The position numbers and the translations under genes were made by a program. 64,000 bases of DNA from Octopus sinensis (lineage: Eukaryota), in assembly GCF_006345805.1 (NCBI RefSeq), contig NC_042997.1, positions 172,112,001 through 172,176,000 of the forward strand, given 5' to 3'. The notes below the pieces were generated by a model that worked only from the letters and a program-made list of their open reading frames with translations, had not been told where the DNA came from and did no database searches. Shown here in pieces: positions 33,150-45,834 of the stretch. How positions within the stretch are numbered: the first letter of the stretch is position 1; each line of letters starts with the position of its first letter.

Positions 33150-33525
33150 ATATGTATGCAAGAAAGAGAGAGCGAGAGAAAGGGAGAGAGAGAGAAAGAG
33201 AAAAAGAGAAAGAGAGAGAGAAAGAGAGAGAGAAAAAGAGAGAGAGAAAGAGAGGGACATATGGAGGAAGAGAAGGTGTATGTATAAGAGAAAGACACAG
33301 GGAGAGAAAATGGAGAGAGAGCAAGTATGTGTATGTGAGAAAGAGAGGAAGAAAGGGATAGATATGTGTGTGTGTTGTATGGGTAGTGTATGTGTGTTGT
33401 GTGGGTACTGTGTGTGTGTGAGACAGTGGAAGAAAGAAATAGAGTAAAGAGTGTATATGTATGTGAGGAAGAGAGAGAGACAAATGGTAACACATCTGTG
33501 TGTATGTGTGTGTGTGTGTGTGTGG
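33150..33525. repeat. (GA)n/(GT)n low-complexity block
   Basis: Visible directly in the sequence. Confidence 0.85.
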
Positions 33526-34026
33526 ATCCGTCTGTTTATGTGTCTGAGTTGTTCTATGCCCTCCCCCCACTCCACTATAGCATTTCTGTAAAATATGAAA
33601 AAAAAAAAGGAAAACAACATAATATGAAAGAACTTTCACCCTAACCCAACCCACAAAATAATAATTAAAATAATTTTCAAAAAAAAAAAAAAAATTTCAA
33701 ATGAAGCCTGGCAAACTTATCCTATTGTACCAAAATACCAAAATCTGAAGAGTTTGCCAGACACGACTGCTAGGGATAAAGAAATATTCTTCTCAGATTT
33801 TCTTTTCTTTTTTTTTTTTTTTTTTTTTTTCGCTTTTCAAATTTTACTAGTAGTGCACAATTTATTAATAAATATCCCAGCATTTTGCACTGAGACAATT
33901 AATAGAGTGGAAACACATTAATGAAACAAATAAGTAAATTATCAAACGGAATGATTAATAATAATAATAATAATAATTGTGTACAGTGCTCAGGTGCACT
34001 ACAACTCATCTAAAGTGTATATATAA

Positions 34027-36800
34027 TCAGGTGTAGTTTCGGCGGATTTCGGAAAGCATGAGGGCCTTAAAAGATGCAGTGTCATGGCAGTCAACAACTG
34101 ACGCAGGCAGTTTATTCCATGCTTCAGCAACTCTGAGCGTGAAAAAATGTTTCCGAAAGTCATGGGAGCTGTATTGTTTTCTGACTTTGTAGGCATGTCC
34201 ACGTGTGTTAGACACATGGAGATCAAAAAGGTGTTCAGTGTTGTTGTTGGTGAGGTGGTTGATAACTTTGTGGGTGTTTACCAAGTCTGTCGCCAACGCC
34301 GGAGCTTCAGTGAATCCATGCCCAGGGAAACAAGGCGCTCAGAATATGGTAGGTGTCTGATGGAGGGTATGCGTTTGGTTGCACGTCTCTGGACAGATTC
34401 CAGGAGGTCAATGTTCTGTGCAAGATAGGGGTTCCAAACTGATGATGCGAATTCCAAGTGTGGTCGTACCATAGCTGTATACAGTTTTAAATAGATGGCT
34501 GGAGAGCGGCTAACAAAAGACCTGCTGAGTGATGCCAAGACACCCTCGGCCTTCCTGACAATCTTAGAGATATGCTTTGACCAACGCAAATCACTGCTGA
34601 CAGTGATGCCTAGGTCACGCTCGCAAGAGGATTTCTTGATATCAGTGTTGTGGAGGAGTATATGTGAACGCAGGGTTTTTTCTCCCAAAATGCATGGTGG
34701 TACACTTGTCCACAGCCAGTTTCAGTTGCCAGTCTGTGATCCATTGCTGCATTGTGTCTAGGTCTGATTGCAGGAAAGAGTTGTAGACATCAGGATCTGT
34801 CCTCTTGATTTCAAGGTACAGCTTGATGTCGTCTGCATATTTCAATACTGTGGCATTCTTTAAATTGGCATCTATGTCGTTAATGTATGCCACAAACAAG
34901 AGGGGACCAAGGACAGATCCCTGTGGTACACCCGATGACATCTCATATGGTGTAGAGTGCTGTCCTAGAACTGTGACTACCTCCTTTCGGCTGAGGATGA
35001 AGGATTTCAACCAGTTAAAAAGGTCATTCCCCACACCCTTGCAGAGAGTTCACCATAAGCCTTTTGTGTGGCACAGAGTTGAAAGCCTTAGCAAAGTCAA
35101 GGTAGACAACATCCACCCATGAGCCACTGTCAGTAATCTGAGTAATGTCCTCAAGGAACTCGACAAGCTGGTCACTGCAGCTGGAGTTAGGTACAAATCC
35201 ATATTGTGAGGGTCGGATGAGACTGTGAGAGCTCCAGAATTCCAGAGTGTTTCTCTGACACACGATTCCATCAGTTTTGCAATACAGCTAGTGAGACTGA
35301 CTGGGCGATAGTTGACAGGTGATGTGCGGTCGCCCTTTTTGAACAGAGGAATGACACTGGCAGTTTTCCACTGCTCCGGAGTAGTAGCACCATTGTTGAG
35401 ACAGTACTGGAAGAAAATAGAAAGCTGGTGTAAAAGGAAGTGCCTGCCACGTTTGAGAAGCAGGTATGTAACTCCATCGAGACCAGGGGAGGCATAGTTG
35501 CGCTTATTTTGAAGGTGACGTCGCAGCATTGCAGGTGTAAATTCCATAGTTGTTATGGAGTTTGCTGTTAGTGATGGTGAAGATGGTACATTTTGACTTT
35601 CAACAGTGAATATGTTTGCATAGCACTCGGCAATGAGTTTTGCGCATTCCTTGGGGTCGTCAGTGATCTGGTTTGTGTGAGGGTTGCGAGAGGGGCCCAC
35701 TGAGGAGAGTGAGGTCTCTGCTTTGAGTGCACATATTTCCAGAAAACCTTGCTGTCAGGATTGGCTGCTACGCACTGTTCAAATTCAAGCACTGCTTTTT
35801 TTGTCACTTGCTTGAGATGGTTGGAGGATTTATTCCGCTTCTTCCTGTTGGTGTCTGATTTATGCAACCTGTATTCCCGTTCAGCAGTCCGACGTTCCCT
35901 CCTGGCAAGTCGGACCGCTGAAGTTCCCAAATTGCCCTTTTGGGGCGGTTCTTCTTTTTTGTTTACGTGGCACTGATGCTGCACATGCTGCCCATATTGA
36001 GTCCAGGATACTCTGGAGTATAGTATTCACATCTCCAAGAGTTGTAGAATTCACGCCAGTTTGGGTGCTGTAGTTCAGTGTGGTACAGGTTCCAATCTGC
36101 TCTCTTCCAATCGAAGGAAGCAGATTGGAGATGGTTCAGGGTTTTGTTGCCCGCAAGAGCCAGATTGGCGATGATCATAGCATGATCAGAGTCACCTAGA
36201 GGTTCCTCCGTAGTGCAATTGATAACCGCTTCAGGAGTTGTGGTGAAGAGCAGGTCCAAGGTGTTGTCGCCTCTGTTGGAGAGGTGACTACTTGTGACCA
36301 GTTTGAGTCCAGCACAAGCTCAACAAAATCGTTTGCACTCTGTGGCCAATGGAAGGTCTCCCAATCGATCTCAGGATGATTGAAATCGCCTGCAATAAAC
36401 ACATAAGTGGCTGTTTTCTGGCAGCAGCTCGGAGGACATTGCAAAGCTGTGTGTCCCGATGGTAACTTGGGGGACGATAAACAACGCCAAGCAGGAGTGT
36501 TGACATGGTCATACGCACGTCACAGAAAAAAACTTCTTGTGATTCGTTCAAATCGGCACAAGGAATTACCAAAAATTTGAACGAACGTAGACCATCACAC
36601 CACCACCACGGCGGTTAGTGCGGTCCTTACGGAAGAGGTTGTACCCCGTAATGTTGAAAACCCCATCACAGAGTAAGGAATGCGCCCATGTTTCCGTGAC
36701 AGTGATGAAGTCAGGGTCAACACTTCTGACGTAGGCGTTGAACAAATGTATTTTGTTGCATAAACTGCGAGCATTTAAGGACAACAATTTGTACCCTGCT
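34027..36800 (-). pseudogene. CR1 ORF2 (APE endonuclease plus RT), broken into about eight frames
   Basis: The ORF pieces 36566-36787, 36288-36572, 36196-36444, 35963-36259, 35050-35700, 35024-35263, 34642-35034, 34278-34688 and 34027-34296 are collinear. Confidence 0.88.
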
Positions 36801-36899
36801 CGCAGTTTATGATGGTGTGTAGAGGATGGCAGGTTGTTCTGGCTTAGTTTCCCTGAGTTGCTGTAGTCTTTTTAGTTATTGTGGGTAGAGAGCACTCAG

Positions 36900-38034
36900 A
36901 CCAGCTGGTATCTCTCTTCCACGTTTCAGCAGTCTTGACAAATCTCCAGATTTGTCCATCTTCCCGAAGACTGAAGCTTTCCTGTAGAGCTGAGTTCCTA
37001 TTCAGGGAAGCCACTACACGTAGCTTCGGACGGTAAGCCTGGGCGTGTTCGGAAGGTGGTCCGATTTTCCCGCCCAGCTTTAACTGAGGCCAGATGGTAA
37101 GAGGTTGCCTCAGTGGGGTCCGTAAAAGACAACTTGATGAGCCTAGGTTTTGGGCCAGGTCGTCCAAGGCGGATAGCACCCGTTGGGGGAACGCAGCCTA
37201 GGTCTTTGGCTGAGTTGGCAGCAAAAGCCTGAAGATCAGCCATGTCTTCTGGCACCCCAATGGCAATGACTTCATGGGTGGCAGAATCCGCGGTCTTAAA
37301 TGCGACAAGAGGTACAGGTACAGGGAGGTTCTTTAGCAGAGCATTCCGATAAGACCCCTCATTGTGGAGTCCAACCTGAATGGTTGCTTTTATTCCTGCT
37401 ACTTCCCCTTTTAAAGCACAGATCGATTGTTGCAGTTCTGCAAGAACCGCACTGGTCAATTGGTTGTTGGTGTTGTGCTGCTGTTGCTCTGGTTGTGGTT
37501 GATTTTGTTGTTGTGTTGGTGTTGTTGTGCTGCTCTGGTTGTGGTTGATTTTGTTGTTGCTGCTGCTATGGTTGTGGTTGATTTTGTTGTTGCTGCTGCT
37601 GCTGCTCTAGTTGTTGTGCTGATGTTGTTGTTGCTGCTGCTCTGGTTGTGGTTGATTTTGTTGTTGCTGCTGTTGCTGTTCCGCCTCCTCCACGGGAGTG
37701 GCAGGGGGAGACACAATCGTCGGTTGTGGAGGCACGCAGGCCTGACACTGAAAAGTCCAAGATTTAAGCTGAACCATCTTCCAGAGTCTATCCATCATAG
37801 CATTATGATGGCTCTTTTTTGGCCTGGGATCTTCTGAAAGTCCGTGGCACATTGGAGGCAGACAGAGATGAGACATGTCCCACATTCGACCCAGCGATTA
37901 CGGAACGTATTTTCGGGTTCCGTACAGATGTGGCAGGTGTGATTTTCTGGGCAGTGTTCTATTTTAGAGCAGCGACCAGTCTTATCGCACGCCGCTATGG
38001 ATTTCACCATGGCGATTCTGTTGGTTCTGGTCAT
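36900..38034 (-). pseudogene. CR1 ORF1 (frameshifted): PHD finger, T/A/Q-rich repeat linker, coiled coil and RRM-like domain
   Basis: CHIC...WVECGTC...VCLQC...FQCQAC, LAELQQSICALKGEV, EVIAIGVPED and AIRLGRPGPKPRLIKLSF. Confidence 0.75.
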
Positions 38035-38764
38035 CCGTAGAGACAGAAAATGTAAACAACAATACGATAAAAGTAAAATATAAAATATTTGTTTTTGATT
38101 CGTTTTTTTGTGTATATTCCTTGTTCTTAAATATTGGTGTGTATATACACATGTTTCGTTCTTTTTTGTGTATACCTTTTTTCTAAATATGCGTGTGTAT
38201 ACATAAAGTATTGTGCGTATAGACACGGAGAAAGTTTGTAAACAGAAATGAAATTTTTGATTTTTTTGCAGTGTAGTCCGTCACATTAAATAGTGTGACT
38301 TATTTTCACTCTGCACGTATATACATGTGTGCTACAAGTATCTATGTATGTATGTATGTCACTGCTTTATAAATTTTGGACGTACTTACTGTCGTTCAAC
38401 GATTTCTTTTACCCTCAACTACACGTGGTGAATTCTTCCATTGTAGATCTGTGGTGGTCATCGTCGTAATATTTTCTCTTTAGTTTCCTCGCCAAATTGA
38501 TTATACCCTAATCAAACCATTTGTTTGTCTACTTGTGAATGTGTCTTTGTTTTAGTAACATTGTATTTTCCTCCTTTTCCTTTTTCATTCCCATATTATA
38601 TGGAACTTCGGTGGACAGCTACTCTAAGACTCCAGCTGCCGGTTCGCCTTTAAGAAATATATTTAAGAAATATATTTAAACATGAAATTATTTGCTAAAA
38701 GTGCCTGAAGTAAAACAACAGAAATATAATATTGGATATTTGTTTTAATGTTTGTTATTTGGTT

Positions 38765-38921
38765 GTTCAAAGATTTACATGAACATACATATACATATAT
38801 ACCACACATTTCTCATATATAAATATCATATATATATATATTTCTATATATATATACATATATATGTATTTATGTATGTATATATATATGTGTGTGTTGT
38901 GTGTGTGTGTGTGCGTGTGTG

Positions 38922-38963
<42 letters not shown>
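38765..38963. repeat. (TA)n/(GT)n microsatellite
   Basis: Visible directly in the sequence. Confidence 0.9.
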
Positions 38964-39265
38964 TGGAGGCACAATGGCCCAGTGGTTAGGGCAGCAGACT
39001 CGCAGTCGGAGGATCGCGGTTTTGATTCCCAGACTGGACATTGTGTGTGTTTATTGTTGCAAAACACCTAAAGCTCCACGAAGCTCTGGCAGAGGTGGTG
39101 GCGACCCCTGTTGTACTCTTTTGCCCCAACTTTCTCTCACTCCTTCATCCTGTTTCTTGGGTAATGCTGCGATGGACTGGTATTCCGTCCAGCTGGGGGA
39201 ATCACATATGCCACAGAAACTGGGAAACCGGGCCCATGAGCCTGGCCAGCCTTGAAAAAGGCACA
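38964..39265 (+). mobile_element. SINE family C (tRNA-Arg-like head) with a V-SINE-like GCGATGGACTGG domain
   Basis: Head GGAGGCACAATGGCCCAGTGGTTAGGGCAGCAGACTCGCAGTC is shared with 45408; the 3' part differs. Confidence 0.75.
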
Positions 39266-39305
39266 TAAATATATATATATACCACAAATTTCCCATATAT
39301 ATATA

Positions 39306-39370
<65 letters not shown>

Positions 39371-39529
39371 TTGACTGCAAGGATTGAATAAACTAGATTA
39401 TTTTACCAAACACACATCCATATATCTATGGCTTGCTTCCATTCTATCACTCACCTTGCTGTATATGCATGTGTATGTATTTTCTTACACATACACACAC
39501 ACACACATGCACATATATATATATTTATA

Positions 39530-40779
39530 CGAGGTGGTATCAAAAGGTTTCTGGACTAATTATGTTTAATAAAAAATAACTTATTTACCTAAATTTCAAT
39601 ACCATCTCCTTTGAACTAGTCACCTTACACAGCAATACACCAGTCCCAGCATTTCTGCCACTTTCGGAATCTGGCCTGGAAGTTGTCAATGAGCTCTTTC
39701 TGCAATTCTCTCTGGATCTTGACAATGGTGTTAAAACAGCGACCTTTGAGCTACAATTTTCCTCTTGGGGAAGAGGTGGAAATTCACAGATGTTAAATCT
39801 GGTGAACAGAGTCGGCACAGAAGCAATACTATGTTGTTTTAGGCAAGAAGCTTACGAGTGAGGAGAGCTTGGTGAAGAATCCGGTTGCTTTGGCTAACTG
39901 TTCTTCCTCAAATGCTTCAAAATTTCGCAGTACAACTCTCGATTGATGGTCTGGCCTTAGGGGATGAGTTTTCAATGCACAAATTCCACATTTCTGGGAC
40001 TGGCACTTGTGGAAAATCTTCCAGATCATTCATCATCTTCCAGGGACATTCTTCCACTTTTGAAGAGCTTGTGCTCTTTTACTCTTTTACTTGTTTCAAT
40101 CATTTGACTGTGGCCATGCTGGAGCGCTGCCTTTCGTTGAGCAAATCGACCCCAGGACTTATTCTTTGTAAGCCTAGTACTTATTCTATTGGTCTCTTTT
40201 GCCAAACCTCTAAGTTACGGGGATGCAAACACACCAGCATCAATTGTCAAGCGATGTTGGGGGAACAAATACAAACACACACATATATATATACATATAC
40301 ATATATACGACGGGCTTCTTTTAGTTTCCATCTACCAAATCCACTCACGAGGCTTTGGTCAGCCCGAGGCTATAGTAGAAGACACTTACCCAAGGTGCCC
40401 CACCGTAAGACTGAACCCGGAACCATGTGGTTGATAAGCAAGCTACTTACCACACAGCCACTCCTGCACCTACTCAAAACATTGCATGCAACCCTCTGCC
40501 TCATTGCTGTAAGCTTGCTGAAGCATGCTCAATGTCTTTCTAGCAGACTTACCAAGTTTAACACAAAATTTTATGTTGGCTTTTTATTCCAACTTCCTGT
40601 CCATGACAAAATCACAAACTACAGCACACCCGTGGTCACAAAAACACAAATTTCACACCCTGTGAAGCAACACACTATTTCACAAAGGTCACTGTTAGCT
40701 CTCACTGTGCGCATGGCTGTGTGCTGCCATCTGTTGGCACGCTACAGAACCAGTCTGGAAACTTCTTGATACCACCTCA
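39530..40779 (-). mobile_element. Internally deleted mariner with a nested SINE
   Basis: TIRs TA|CGAGGTGGTATCAAAAGGTTTCTGGACT and AGTCTGGAAACTTCTTGATACCACCTCA|TA. The minus strand reads ANIKFCVKLGKSA...LEDDE and RWDWCIA..GD.F.GD. Confidence 0.85.
40077..40470 (-). mobile_element. SINE family B, full length, nested in the mariner
   Basis: Matches family B. Confidence 0.85.
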
Positions 40780-41129
40780 TATGTGACTTGAAGAAAGTTT
40801 GGTCAGTATTTATTAGTCTAAAGACCATCTAGAAACTTTCTCATTTGTCCTCCTTCACTCCATAGACTGATGGCTTTAATATTTTGGTAATTAAACTTTT
40901 GCCAATCAAGGAAATGCCATGGATCTGTTATGGTGGTTACCATGGATCAATCATGACCTGATAATGTGGAAAGAAAAGGTTTTATTAAAAATGATTCAGA
41001 AATTAATCAATGTCTCTCAAATCAATTTCCAGCCCTACCCAATTCCTCCCATCCTTTATTCCCTCTACTTTCATCTCCATGCATAAAGTTGCTTCTCTCA
41101 ATGCTCTTGCAAGCCGCATGGTAACGTTA

Positions 41130-41310
41130 CTAGTACTGGTGGCATAAAAAGGAAGGGCATCCAACTGCAGAAACCATATCAAAGCAGATACTGAAACACA
41201 ATGCAATCATTGTGCCCATTGGATCCAGCACAGAACATGGACATTAAATGATGAGGATGATGATTATGACAACAATGACGACGACGACGACGATGATGAT
41301 GATGATGATT
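41130..41310 (+). mobile_element. Degenerate RTE 3' tail with (GAT/GAC)n
   Basis: GGAAGGGCATCCAACTG box followed by GGACATTAAATGATG. Confidence 0.6.
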
Positions 41311-41335
41311 TGTCGTCTTCCTCTTCACCTTCTTC

Positions 41336-41388
<53 letters not shown>

Positions 41389-41712
41389 TTAACATCTGTT
41401 TTCCATACAAACATGGGTTGGATGGTCTGACAGGAGCTGGCAAACCAGAGGGTTGCACCAGACCCCAATCATCTGTTTTGGTATGGTTTCTATGGCTAGA
41501 TGCCCCTCCTAATGCCAACCACTTTACAAAGTGTACAGAGTGATTTTTATGTGACACCAACATAAATGCTTTCTTACATGTTGCAGGCACAAGGTGCATT
41601 TTTACATAACACTAGCACAGGTGCTCTTTACATGATGCTGACATGGGTCCTCTTTGTGTAATGCCAGCAGAGGGGCTTCTAATGTGTCACTAACATAGGT
41701 AGTTTTTACATG
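41336..41712 (-). mobile_element. RTE 3' tail with an array of about 28-bp degenerate units
   Basis: (CAT)n tail, conserved box and repeated TTTACAT.(G)CAC.AGC units. Confidence 0.75.
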
Positions 41713-41999
41713 GCACTGTTAAATGAATATTCTTAAAGCTTCTCAAATGAGTATTCTTAGACCTTTGCTTGTTTCTGTTTTTGCATTTTTCTATCTATTT
41801 TCAGTACAAACATGGACAAGATGTTTTGTCCTTACTGCAGATAGTTGGAACTGAGAGGTTGTACAAGTTAAATAGCCTTTTTATCATTGATTAGTCAACC
41901 TTAAAGTCAACTACATAGTTGAAAGTTCTCTGAGGACCTTGAATTTTTTAAAGATGTATGAGTGGTGTAAATTGCAGTATTCCAGAGGAAAATATCGGG

Positions 42000-42790
42000 T
42001 TCACATTTTGACACAAGGCCAGTATTTTCATGGGGTGGGTTAAGTCAATTACATCGACCCCAGTGCTCAAATGGTACTTACTTTATTGACCTCAAAAGAA
42101 GGAAAGGCAAAGTCAACCTCAGCAGGATTTGAACTATGAACGTAAAGACAGACAAAATGCCACAAAGCATTTTGACCAGTATGCTAACGATTCCGCCAGC
42201 TCACCACATTATTCCAGAGGAAAATATTCTCTTCTACTTCTAGGCACAAGGCCTGAAATTTAGTGGGAGGGTGCCAGTCGATTAGATCGATCCCAGTACA
42301 CAACTGGTACTTAATTTATCAACCCCGAAAGAATGAAAGGCAAAGTCGACCTCGACAGAATTTGAACTCAGAACATAAAGACAGACAAACTACTGCTAAG
42401 CATTTTGCCCAGCATGCTAATGTTTCTTATTTCTCTACTGCCCGCAAGGGGCTACACATAGAGGGGACAAACAAGGACAGAGAAATGGATTAAGATGATT
42501 ATTTGGCAGTGTTTCTACAGCTGGATGCCCTTCCTAACGTCAACCACTCCGTGAGTGTTTCTTTATTGCCCACAGGGATCTAAACACAGAAAGGACAAAC
42601 AAGGACAGACAAAGGGATTAAGACGATTACATCAACCCCAGTACATAACTGGCACTTGTTTAATCAACCCCGAAAGGATGAAAGGCAAAGTCGACCTCGG
42701 TGGAATTTGAACTCAGAACATAGCAGCAGACGAAATACCACTAAGCATTTTGCCTGGTGTGCTAACATTTCTGCCAGCTCGCCACCTTCC
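42000..42790 (-). mobile_element. Cluster of 3-4 SINE family A copies or fragments plus a small RTE-box fragment
   Basis: Repeated TGAAAGGCAAAGTCGACCTC...GAATTTGAACTCAGAAC at about 42105, 42335 and 42680. Confidence 0.8.
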
Positions 42791-43294
42791 CAGATGAAAA
42801 TATTGAGATTCCATTGGGGAAAGTGTCTTGCAGTTGAAGATTTCTTTGCCTTTGTTTACACTGTTTTGGCTAGATATATCATTATTACTTATTTTTAGTT
42901 TAATGTAGATATTAAGGATGCTGATCTTGAATTAATGTAAGACTATTAATGTTATGCCATAAATTGTATTTTATACAATATTATTTTTTTCTTGTTATCA
43001 GATGTGGTAGGGAAATCAGGTTAGTGAACTGTTAAAGGGGAATAAATAGGTTAAGGCGATTCTATATAAAGGTTGTAGCTATTTGAAATTGTAACTGATT
43101 ATTCATTAGTCTGACACTTCAGCTGTAGAGTAATTGTGTTTTAAGAGACATATTCCATTATAGCAATCATTTTAGATAATAAAAAAGAAAAATATGAAGG
43201 GTAATGGATAGTGGAATTAGTAGAAGCTCAGACTAAATATCTTGTGGTATTTTAGTTAAATCATATCTTTTTTTCTGAGTTTAGATCCCAGTAA

Positions 43295-43496
43295 AGAAAC
43301 CTTTTATCAGTTGCATATAAAAATGTAATAGGTACATATTGAGCATCCTGGAGAATTGTCAGCAGTCTAGAGTAAAAGAGGGAGAAGCTAAAGGTAGTAA
43401 ACAGTGAGTAAATTTGATTAGAACCTACAGAGAAAGAACTGAAGATGAACTTCCAGATATTTGCAATGATCATCATCATCATCATTGTCATCGTCG

Positions 43497-43534
<38 letters not shown>

Positions 43535-44065
43535 GTTTAACATCCGCTTTCCATGCTAGCATAGGTTGGACGATTTGACTGTGGACTGGCGAACCAGGCT
43601 CCAATCTGATCTGGCAGAGTTCTACAGCTGGATGCCCTTCCTAACGCCAACCACTCCGAGAGTGTAGCGGGTGCTTTTATGTTTTAGCTATTTTGGATTA
43701 CAAACTTTTAACTTATGCTTCAACTGAAGAATCTAGAGTGGTTTTTTTACAAAATGAAAGGTGATTACCATCGCTACTTGACAGAATTTGCCCCTGGGGA
43801 GGAGTGTAAGGATGTTGCTAACAATAGTATAATTGCCAACAAATTGGCAAGTGAATATACCATTAAGGACCTACTTCTCACCCACATGATACAATTAGAC
43901 TTGGCACTCAATTTCTTTGTTGTCTATTATCAGATCTTCAATACACCTGGCCCTGCTTGTCACCTGGCCAAGTCTGCATTTGATGAAGCAACTGCTGAGT
44001 TGGATACACTGAGTAAAGAGAGCTACAAAGACTCCACCCTTATAATGCAGCTACTGAGAGACAAC
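43295..44065 (+). pseudogene. YWHAE: 14-3-3 epsilon-like processed pseudogene interrupted by an RTE tail
   Basis: RNLLSVAYKNVIGTY*ASWRIVSSLE*KE...ICND | VLAILD...ESRV(fs)[16 protein letters not shown]...[14 protein letters not shown]...[33 protein letters not shown]. It has no introns, has stop codons and has a frameshift. Confidence 0.88.
43471..43680 (-). mobile_element. RTE 3' tail inserted in the 14-3-3 pseudogene
   Basis: (CAT)n tail and conserved box; the insertion splits codons ND|V. Confidence 0.88.
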
Positions 44066-44726
44066 CAGCCTGCAGTCATTCTGCCTTTCAGCCATATAAG
44101 TTGTACAATGGTGTCAATAATAAAGTACATGTAGTGTATGCAGGAGATTTGAAATAAGGACACCTACCTTCTCTTTGTCGACGCAGACCTCTCCAGTGGT
44201 AATGCACCATTTCATGTGGCCTGACCTGAACGCTAGAAATAGCAGCTGCTTTTCCCCTACCTTGACAAAGTGCTCACACGTCCTACTCTGTCAGCTGCCC
44301 CGGTCAAAGAGGCCCAATGCTCCCAAACCAAATACTGTGGTTGTTTTAATTGACCACTGGTCTCCTTTGTGATATTTGTGAATACATACTTGTGTTAAAT
44401 GCAGTTATTTCCACCATTTACTGATAAAGTAAAAAAGAAGCTCTGCATTAGGAATTGGTAAAATACCTGACCAAAAATAAAGAAAAACATGCAGTGTTCA
44501 TTTCCATCATTTTACATTCTAATTTCAAATTCTGCTAGAGTAGACTTTACCTTTTAATCTTCTCAGGCCAGTGGTGAAGAAAATAAAGGACCAGTAAAAT
44601 ACTAGGGCTATGGATTTAATTGACTGTTCTTCTCCCTGTCCTATACTTTGTTGGGCTAAAGCTGTCATCATCATCATTTTAATGCCAGCTTTTTCATGTG
44701 TGTATGTGTCAGATGGAATTGGCATT

Positions 44727-44962
44727 AAGGCGGCGAGCTGGCAGAAACGTTAGCACACCGGACGAAATGCTTAGCGGCATTTCGTCTGCCGCTACGTTCT
44801 GAGTTCAAATTCCGTTGAGGTCGACTTTGCCTTTCATCCTTTCGGGGTCAATTAAATAAGTACCAGTTGCGCACTGGGGTCGATATAATTGACTTAATCC
44901 CTTTGTCTGTCCTTGTTCGTCCCCTCTGTGTGTAGCCCCTTGTGGGTAGTAAAAGAAATAGG
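44727..44962 (+). mobile_element. SINE family A (OK-like), young full-length copy
   Basis: AAGGCGGCGAGCTGGCAGAAACGTTAGCAC...TAAAAGAAATAGG with an imperfect GGAATT..CATT TSD. Confidence 0.9.
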
Positions 44963-45407
44963 AATTCATTGAGGCAGACTTTCCACAGCCAAATACTGAC
45001 TTCATCTCAGAATCCATTTGTACTATTTGTTTGTTTTGTATATATTACCATTGTTGCTATTTGCATCCTCTGCAGTGGTATTCACAATGCATTTGGACAT
45101 GCATCCGCAATAGTTCTTCAGGGGAATACTTTTTTTACTTTGTGTTAACACTGAATCTGCCAAGCAAACAAATGGTGTAAACTGTTTCTTGTGTTTAGCG
45201 TAAACTGGAAAGATTCAGAACAACAAGTATCAAGCAACAATAAAACAAAACAATAACTGTTTGAGAATTAATTTAAATTAGGGAAGAGAGTAATTTCAGC
45301 TCAAATGTCATAACATTTTACATTTTCTGTTTAAGAATTTTCTTTCATTGAATATTTTTAATCAAAGCTTCAGTGATTCATTCTGTCCAGTTGTATGCCA
45401 TAATAGT

Positions 45408-45788
45408 GGAGGCGCAATGGCCCAGTGGTTAGGGCAGCGGACTCGCGGTCATAGGATCGCGGTTTCGATTCCCAGACCGGGCGTTGTGAGTGTTTATTGA
45501 GCGAAAACACCTAAAAGCTCCACGACGCTCCGGCAGGGGATGGTGGTGATCCCTGCTGTACTCTTTCACCACAACTTTCTCTCACTCTTACTTCCTGTTT
45601 CTGTTGTACCTGTATTTCAAGGGGCCGGCCTTGTCACTCTCTGTGTCACGCTGAATATCCCCGAGAACTACGTTAAGGGTGCACTTGTCTGTGGAGTGCT
45701 CAGCCACTTACACGTTAATTTCACAAGCAGGCTGTTCCGTTGATTCGGATCAACCGGAACCCTCATTGTCATAACTGACGGAGTGCTT
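45408..45788 (+). mobile_element. SINE family C (tRNA-Arg(TCG)-like head), full length
   Basis: A-box TGGCCCAGTGG, anticodon arm GCGGACTCGCGGTC, B-box GTTTCGATTCCC and 3' hairpin TTCCGTTGAT-TCGG-ATCAACCGGAA. Confidence 0.8.
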
Positions 45789-45834
45789 ACATCCCATGCA
45801 ATAATGAGTAGTACACTGTTTGACAATACATATA

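Larger units (their letters stand above)
33957..38290 (-). mobile_element. Near full-length CR1-group LINE (ORF1 PHD plus RRM-like; ORF2 APE plus RT), multiply frameshifted
   Basis: APE motifs LSLNARSL, FITVTETW, VYRPP, AGDFNHP and SDHAMI. RT motifs NYRPVSLTSCIAKLME, QYGF, YLDFAKAFNSVPH, GVPQGSVLGPLLF and YADD. CR1 C-terminus TRGHAYKV..FFTLRVAEAWNKLP. (ATT)n tail. The 5' end is uncertain. Confidence 0.9.

Noticed and set aside
39885-40769. 294-aa plus-strand ORF
   Set aside because: It is an antisense read-through of a mariner relic and a nested SINE.
41805-43019. Plus-strand exon candidates at 41805-41857 and an 18-nt micro-exon at 43002-43019
   Set aside because: Splice-like signals are present, but the peptides are unrecognisable and such signals are common by chance in AT-rich DNA.
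44140-44420. GC-richer stretch with a YLLFVDAD (glycosyltransferase DxD-like) reading and strong minus-strand splice signals
   Set aside because: Stops flank the motif and no consistent exon frame could be built.
45408-45485. tRNA-Arg gene (also tRNA-like heads at 28123, 30717 and 38964)
   Set aside because: The acceptor stem does not close and the sequence continues into a SINE body.
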